DNA of 8,581 nt, taken from NCBI GenBank assembly GCA_015520535.1, contig WAPZ01000684.1:1-8581 (forward strand), read 5' to 3'. Under the pieces are notes generated by a model that was given only the letters and a program-made list of their open reading frames with translations, was not told the DNA's origin and did not search any database. This stretch comes from Candidatus Heimdallarchaeota archaeon (GTDB lineage Archaea; Asgardarchaeota; Heimdallarchaeia; Hodarchaeales; S146-22). Below, piece after piece: positions 1 to 5,000 of the stretch (its first letter is position 1; each line of letters starts with the position of its first letter). The position numbers and the translations under genes are program-made.

Positions 1-52
1 TAATTATCTCTATCCACTTGAGAGTTTGATAAGTTTTCTGGAGATTTTTTTT

Positions 53-57
53 GGAGG
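53..57 (+). promoter_or_regulatory. Shine-Dalgarno-like GGAGG, 7 nt upstream of the in-frame GTG at 65
   Basis: The sequence ttGGAGGctttcgtGTGgaa was read directly. The GTG at 65..67 is in the same frame as the tracked ORF, and the 7-nt spacer is typical for SD-led starts. Confidence 0.4.
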
Positions 58-64
58 CTTTCGT

Positions 65-751
65 GTGGAAACCAGCCGCGAATCTACAACTGAAACGTTG
101 CTATTACATCCTATTAGAAGGAAAATTTATTCCATTGTGTGTGAAAGTCCCGGCAATTACTTCTATAAGTTATCCAATGTCTTATCACTTCCTCAAGGAA
201 CATTAAACTGGCATTTGCAGAAGTTAGAGGAATCTGGTCTATTAGGATCCTTCAAATGGGCGGGAAAACGTATTTATTATCCAAAAGGCATGCGTTCTGA
301 AAATGTCGAACGACTCATCTATACCCTCAATTCAAAGAATGCACGCAATATTTTTCTTTATGTATTGAAACATCCGGGGAGCTCACAATCGGATATTGCA
401 CGAGCCGTAAATTTACATCATGATACGGTTCGTTATTATCTTAACCGTCTTAAAAAAATTGATTTAGTTACCTTAATCAGAAAAGGCCGAGTTGTGCAAG
501 TGTATCCAACCGAAGAAGCACAAAAGTTGGTCGAAGAAAGTTTAAACATTATTACTGATTCTTATGTAAATTTTTTAATTGAAAAATTTAAGAAAGAATG
601 TTTACGGCCTGAAGTGCTTCAAAAAACCCCACGAATGCTTGTCATGCGGCTTGAATGTCCTAATGGTGAAGATATCATCCTTAACATAAAACTAGAAGAA
701 TGGGACTTCTTGAAAGAACTAAAAGATATTGACATCACCCCATCTGACTAA
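65..751 (+). CDS. Transcriptional regulator with two tandem winged helix-turn-helix (ArsR/TrmB-like) domains. The start is ambiguous: GTG 65 is preferred, TTG 26 is the tracked start, and the frame is open to the left window edge.
   Basis: There are two wHTH-like repeats. The first is LLLHPIRRKIYSIVCESPGNYFYKLSNVLSLPQGTLNWHLQKLEESGLLGSFKWAGKRIYYP. The second is ARNIFLYVLKHPGSSQSDIARAVNLHHDTVRYYLNRLKKIDLVTLIRKGRVVQVYP. Both follow the helix-turn-helix-wing pattern of ArsR-type regulators. There is no in-frame ATG near the 5' end and no in-frame stop between position 2 and 26. GGAGG at 53..57 favours GTG 65. The stop is TAA at 749..751. Confidence 0.6.
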   Translation: METSRESTTETLLLHPIRRKIYSIVCESPGNYFYKLSNVLSLPQGTLNWHLQKLEESGLLGSFKWAGKRIYYPKGMRSENVERLIYTLNSKNARNIFLYVLKHPGSSQSDIARAVNLHHDTVRYYLNRLKKIDLVTLIRKGRVVQVYPTEEAQKLVEESLNIITDSYVNFLIEKFKKECLRPEVLQKTPRMLVMRLECPNGEDIILNIKLEEWDFLKELKDIDITPSD

Positions 752-786
752 TATTCCTTATTTTTTGTAATAATGGCATTACAATT

Positions 787-1992
787 GTGATTAAATTGCC
801 GGTTGATGAAAAACGCTCTGTTTTGACTTCCTATAAAATAGCAAAAAATAATGGGCTGTTAATTCGCGGAGCACATCAAATCGTGGTTCATCGCGGTTTT
901 TTACGTTCCCTTGGCTTGGAATTCAAAGAAAAAGCGGTAATTAAACTGTATTCAGTCGATTTTCTTCCGTTTGAAGTTCTTGAAGATGCTGAAATTTCTA
1001 TTACATCATCCAGTTCTGTTTCTTTTGAAATCCATCCCACTTCACTAACACCACCGGACTGGGAGCGTGAAATCAAACATTTGCTCGAATTCGCTGAAAA
1101 ACAAACATTACGTCTTCTTACAATTGGCCCAGTTGCCTCTGGCAAATCAACGTTTCTATATACGTTAGCAAATGCCTTGAAAAGAAAAAATCCATCCGCA
1201 TCAATTGTACTTTTAGACTTAGACGTCGGACAAAACAAGTTGGTGGCTCCAGGTGTGCTTTCGGCCGCTGAAATCGTTGAAATCGGCTTACCGCCGTCAG
1301 TTAAAAGAATATGGAACTATTTCATTGGAACTAAAAGTCCACGTGGTCGAGTCTTTGATATTTTGACTGGACTGCAGAATTTCTTAACATTTCTTCAACA
1401 AAATCCGAGGTATGGCAATGTACATCTATTAATCGATACTTCGGGATATGTTACCGGTCATGAAGCATTATTTCTTAAAAATATGATTATTGCTGTATTG
1501 CAACCAAATATAATTGAATTATTTGTTCGCACGAATGGTCATGTACCGGTTCCCGATGCGGATGAGTTATATAACATTGTGTCTGCGCTTAACAGTGCAA
1601 ATCAGCTTGTTATTCCACCACACATAAAACAAACTAGCGCAAATGTCCGTTACGAAATGAGGACATCTCGTTTCAGAGCCTTACGTGAACAATCGCAGTT
1701 ACTGACACTGGATTTGGATCAAATCCATATGCGTTCGCTTTTTGGACAAATTCAAAACTTAGAACAACTCAAGAATCGTTATGTTGGCTTGCTAGATGCG
1801 TCTTTTTCATGCATTGGTGTCGGATTTATAGAAGATATTGACTTTTTCAATAAGACAATCACATTATGGGCGGTTCCAATTGTAGATACGCCTACAGTTC
1901 AACAAAACCTCAGATCTTTGATAAAAGAGATTGTTATTGGTTTTTTACAAATAGCAGTTGATGGAACTGAGATTTATCAAAATGTTAATTGA
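787..1992 (+). CDS. Clp1/Grc3-family P-loop polynucleotide (polyribonucleotide) 5'-hydroxyl kinase
   Basis: The Walker A motif GPVASGKST lies at 1126..1152. About 20 residues later comes DLDVGQN (1216..1236), matching the Clp1-family D/ELDxGQ signature (human Clp1 has GPTDVGKST ... ELDVGQG). LLIDTSGYVTG parallels Clp1 VINTCGWVKG. The domain layout (about 110-aa N-terminal domain, kinase core, C-terminal domain; 401 aa) fits Clp1. The start is GTG 787, with no in-frame ATG in the first roughly 230 codons. The stop is TGA at 1990..1992. Confidence 0.72.
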   Translation: MIKLPVDEKRSVLTSYKIAKNNGLLIRGAHQIVVHRGFLRSLGLEFKEKAVIKLYSVDFLPFEVLEDAEISITSSSSVSFEIHPTSLTPPDWEREIKHLLEFAEKQTLRLLTIGPVASGKSTFLYTLANALKRKNPSASIVLLDLDVGQNKLVAPGVLSAAEIVEIGLPPSVKRIWNYFIGTKSPRGRVFDILTGLQNFLTFLQQNPRYGNVHLLIDTSGYVTGHEALFLKNMIIAVLQPNIIELFVRTNGHVPVPDADELYNIVSALNSANQLVIPPHIKQTSANVRYEMRTSRFRALREQSQLLTLDLDQIHMRSLFGQIQNLEQLKNRYVGLLDASFSCIGVGFIEDIDFFNKTITLWAVPIVDTPTVQQNLRSLIKEIVIGFLQIAVDGTEIYQNVN

Positions 1993-2035
1993 CTGAAAGA
2001 AAAATTAAAAAATTAAAGGGAAAAAGAAGAAAATA
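1993..2035 (-). terminator. Oligo-T-rich intergenic tract immediately downstream of the RNAP gene, an archaeal intrinsic-terminator-like signal
   Basis: The - strand reads TATTTTCTTCTTTTTCCCTTTAATTTTTTAATTTTTCTTTCAG straight after the TAA stop, with runs of T4, T5, T6 and T5. Archaeal RNAP terminates at oligo-U/T tracts. The same 43 bp is A-rich on the + strand, so it offers no equivalent signal for the convergent kinase gene. Confidence 0.45.
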
Positions 2036-5000
2036 TTAGATGTTTTCATCATCACCGGGCTCGATTTCTTCGAAAACGTCGACTTCTTCCTCTTCTCCGG
2101 GGAGTAGCTCTTCCTCTTCCTCTTCTTCTAATTCAATTTCTTCTTCCTCTAGTTCTACTACTGGAACTTCTTCCTCTTCTTCAGCTTTCTCTTCGGCTTT
2201 AAGATCTTCTTCTAGTTTTTTCAGCCATTCCATGTCAATTTCGGATTCCCATGTTCCGGCTTCAGGCATACCAGGTTGCATGATTAGTTCGACGATACCT
2301 GTTCCTAAAGGAATTATTTGTCCAATAATTACGTTTTCAGTAACACCGCGTAATGGATCTACTTCTCCGGCAGTGGCAGCATCCAAGAGGTGTCGAACGG
2401 TGACCTCGAATGAGGCTCGCGCTAGGCTACTCTCTTTTTCGCCACTAATACCATGTCGGCCTAATTGAGTAACTTCGCCTTTGTAGGTCATTAGATCTGC
2501 TACTAGCATAATATGGCGGATGTCAACGTCGAGTCCTTGGTTGTTGAGAACTTCTTGTGCTTCGTCAATGATGGCTTGACGTGCGGCTTCAATACCAAAC
2601 GTTAATTGAATTTCATAAATATTGTTGGTATAGACCCGTGCCGGATCCACACCTTCGACACGTAAGACGCCGGAAAGATTTGATCCTTCTGCAAGTAATA
2701 CCCATTCATCTGAATCTTGTTCTTTTTTAACCATGACCCGTGTAAGTCCTTTTAGTCCTTTTAGTTCAATTTGTTTCACTTTTTCATTAATTTTGTAGAG
2801 GTCATCAAGCTGATCGACATTTGGATCGATAACGATTTCATTGTACTCGGAATCATAGGTTATCTCTGCTTTCTTGATATTCTTTTCGAGTTTTTCTGTA
2901 ATTAAGTCTACGGTAATTCCTTTATCTTCCATTAATTTTTGATCTAGATTTAAGATTATTTGCATTTGTGCTAAGTCTAATTCAAAAGATTCGCAGACTG
3001 TTTCGACCGTTGTCAATTCAAGACGGCGCTGGACTTGTAATGCTAATTCACGATCTTTATTATACGGTGGAAGTAAATAAATTTTCATAAAGGGCGAGGA
3101 GGGGTTTTTTCGTGCGTCTAAAATTTCTAATAGACGTGGAAGACCAAGTGTTACATTGAATTCTCGTACACCAGCATAGTGGAACGTTTTTAAGGTATTA
3201 TGGGTGACTATGCCCTCCGCCGTCACAAAGGTCTCAAATTTGTCGACGCTGAAGTCATACACATGTTCTGTTGGGGAATCAACCAATTCTAATTTGATAA
3301 TCTCGTCCCAGAAAACATCACTTTTCAGCGCTTGCTCTAGGGGTTGTGTTAAATCTTCAAGTTCTTTTTCATTCTGCGATGTCAGTTCTTTAAAGGCTGT
3401 TAGGATTCGTTCTAATTCATTTGCTTGAATTTCTTGTCTTTCTGTATATGTTCGGATTTTTTCTGCCAAGGGGTCACTGTCTGGAAGGTTAAATTCTTGC
3501 TGAAGGCGGTGTAATTCCATACCAATACCCGGAATAACGTCGTCAAACTCATCGGCTACGGATTGAACTGGCGCTTTTAGGCGTCTCTCGACGTTTTCGA
3601 TCATCTTGAGCAAAGATTCTTTTTTATCGGCAAGATCGGTGTTAACTTTCTCATAAAAGCGCGGAATGTAACGTGGTAATATGATAAGACTGTACTTCTC
3701 TTTATTACTCTTCTCTTTTCGTGTCAAAACACCAAGACGACTCAAAAGCAGCGAAATGCCATCTATTAAGTCTTTTGATGATAGTGTTATCTTAACTACA
3801 TGTTCTTGTATTCTTACCTTTCCAGCTAAATCAAACAAACCTCGAAGTAATCCCGTAATAAAGTCTGTGTTTGCATTTAAACTCCAATCTGGGATGCGTC
3901 TTTTGTCATAAGATACGCCGCTCAGTTGAGTTAAAAATGTCGCCAAGCCTTTTGAATCAAAATGGACAGTAACCTTATTTTCTTCGACGGCCGAAGGTTC
4001 TAATCTATATGTGATATGATACTTCTCTGCAAAGTTTCTGATTCTCGAAACAAACATGTCATCTAAGTCTTTAATTATAACTTTGTCCCTCGTAGTTGAT
4101 CCATTGAGAAGATAGTGACCAATTATCCATCCCGTTATAAAATCTAATTCTATGTATTCTTGATCTTCTACTGATGTCACCGAAGGAACATCGGTTATTG
4201 GAAGGCTAGCCATAATTTGTCCTTCTGAAAGTGGTGATATGGTTTCTGTCGTAATAGTTCCGAATATATTGGAATCTGATGGATCAAGGATTTCTGGTTG
4301 AAGGTATGCGGTATCTGGTGCGTGAGATATTGTATGTTGTGAGAGACCAGTATCAGCGTGTTTACTAGTCGGTGGTGAAACTTGATCGTGTCGTGCTTCA
4401 TTTAAGCCTAATGGTATGGCACGAAGGGGATTTTCTGACGGTAAGTTTCGTACTATTGGTAAGCGGTCACCAATACGAAGGTTTCGCCCTTTAATGGGAA
4501 GAATCTTATTTTCCTTTCTTACTACAAAAGAGTGTGATAACGTTGCTATAATTGTACGACCTGTTTTCGTGGTTATTTTTAGTAATTTACCATTTGGTGG
4601 ATGACGACTTACTTGAATCACACGATGCCACTCTATTTTTTCTTTGTCGGTTAAGGCGGGGACATAAAGTTCTAGATTCTCCGGTATATCAGCTATTGTT
4701 GAGCCATGTGCTGATGTTACATGGGTTGTTGCTGGTAATCGATTCAACAAACTGTCTATAAAAGGTCCTATTGGTGTTATTTTTGTGATATTCCCCATTT
4801 TTATGAGAACTTTTTCAGTACCGGGAAGTGACATCTGGGTACCGGGCTCACCAATTGACTGAGCTGCAACAGTCCCAATCGCCTCACCAGGATCGACTTG
4901 TGCACGTGTAAAGGCATCAATGGTGTTGATAGTGATATTTTCTACAATTTTTTGCTTTTGTAAGGAGGTTTCTAATTGTAAAATAGCCTCTACTAAGTCA

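Noticed and set aside
888-1238. 116-aa ORF antisense to the Clp1-like kinase gene
   Set aside because: It lies entirely inside a well-supported CDS on the opposite strand. It has no motifs, its composition looks like a shadow frame, and it has no start or RBS context.
2040-2468. 142-aa Ser-rich ORF on the + strand (SSSSPGSSSSSSSS...)
   Set aside because: It is the mirror image of the GAA/GAG-rich acidic tail of the RNAP gene. The reverse complement gives TTC/CTC runs, which read as Ser/Leu/Phe in shifted frames. It is a low-complexity artefact.
4097-4141. Whether the insert is a second gene (a free-standing homing endonuclease) rather than an intein
   Set aside because: There is no stop or start at either boundary. 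The Hint blocks A, B, F and G flank the endonuclease domain in-frame, and the conserved host motif is split precisely at the junctions. This is diagnostic of an intein and rules out an intron-encoded or free-standing gene.
4195-4401. 68-aa same-strand, alternative-frame ORF inside the intein linker region
   Set aside because: It overlaps the verified intein reading frame. It has a His/Gln/Ile-rich, random-looking composition and no RBS. A continuous host frame is required for the extein motifs to be restored.
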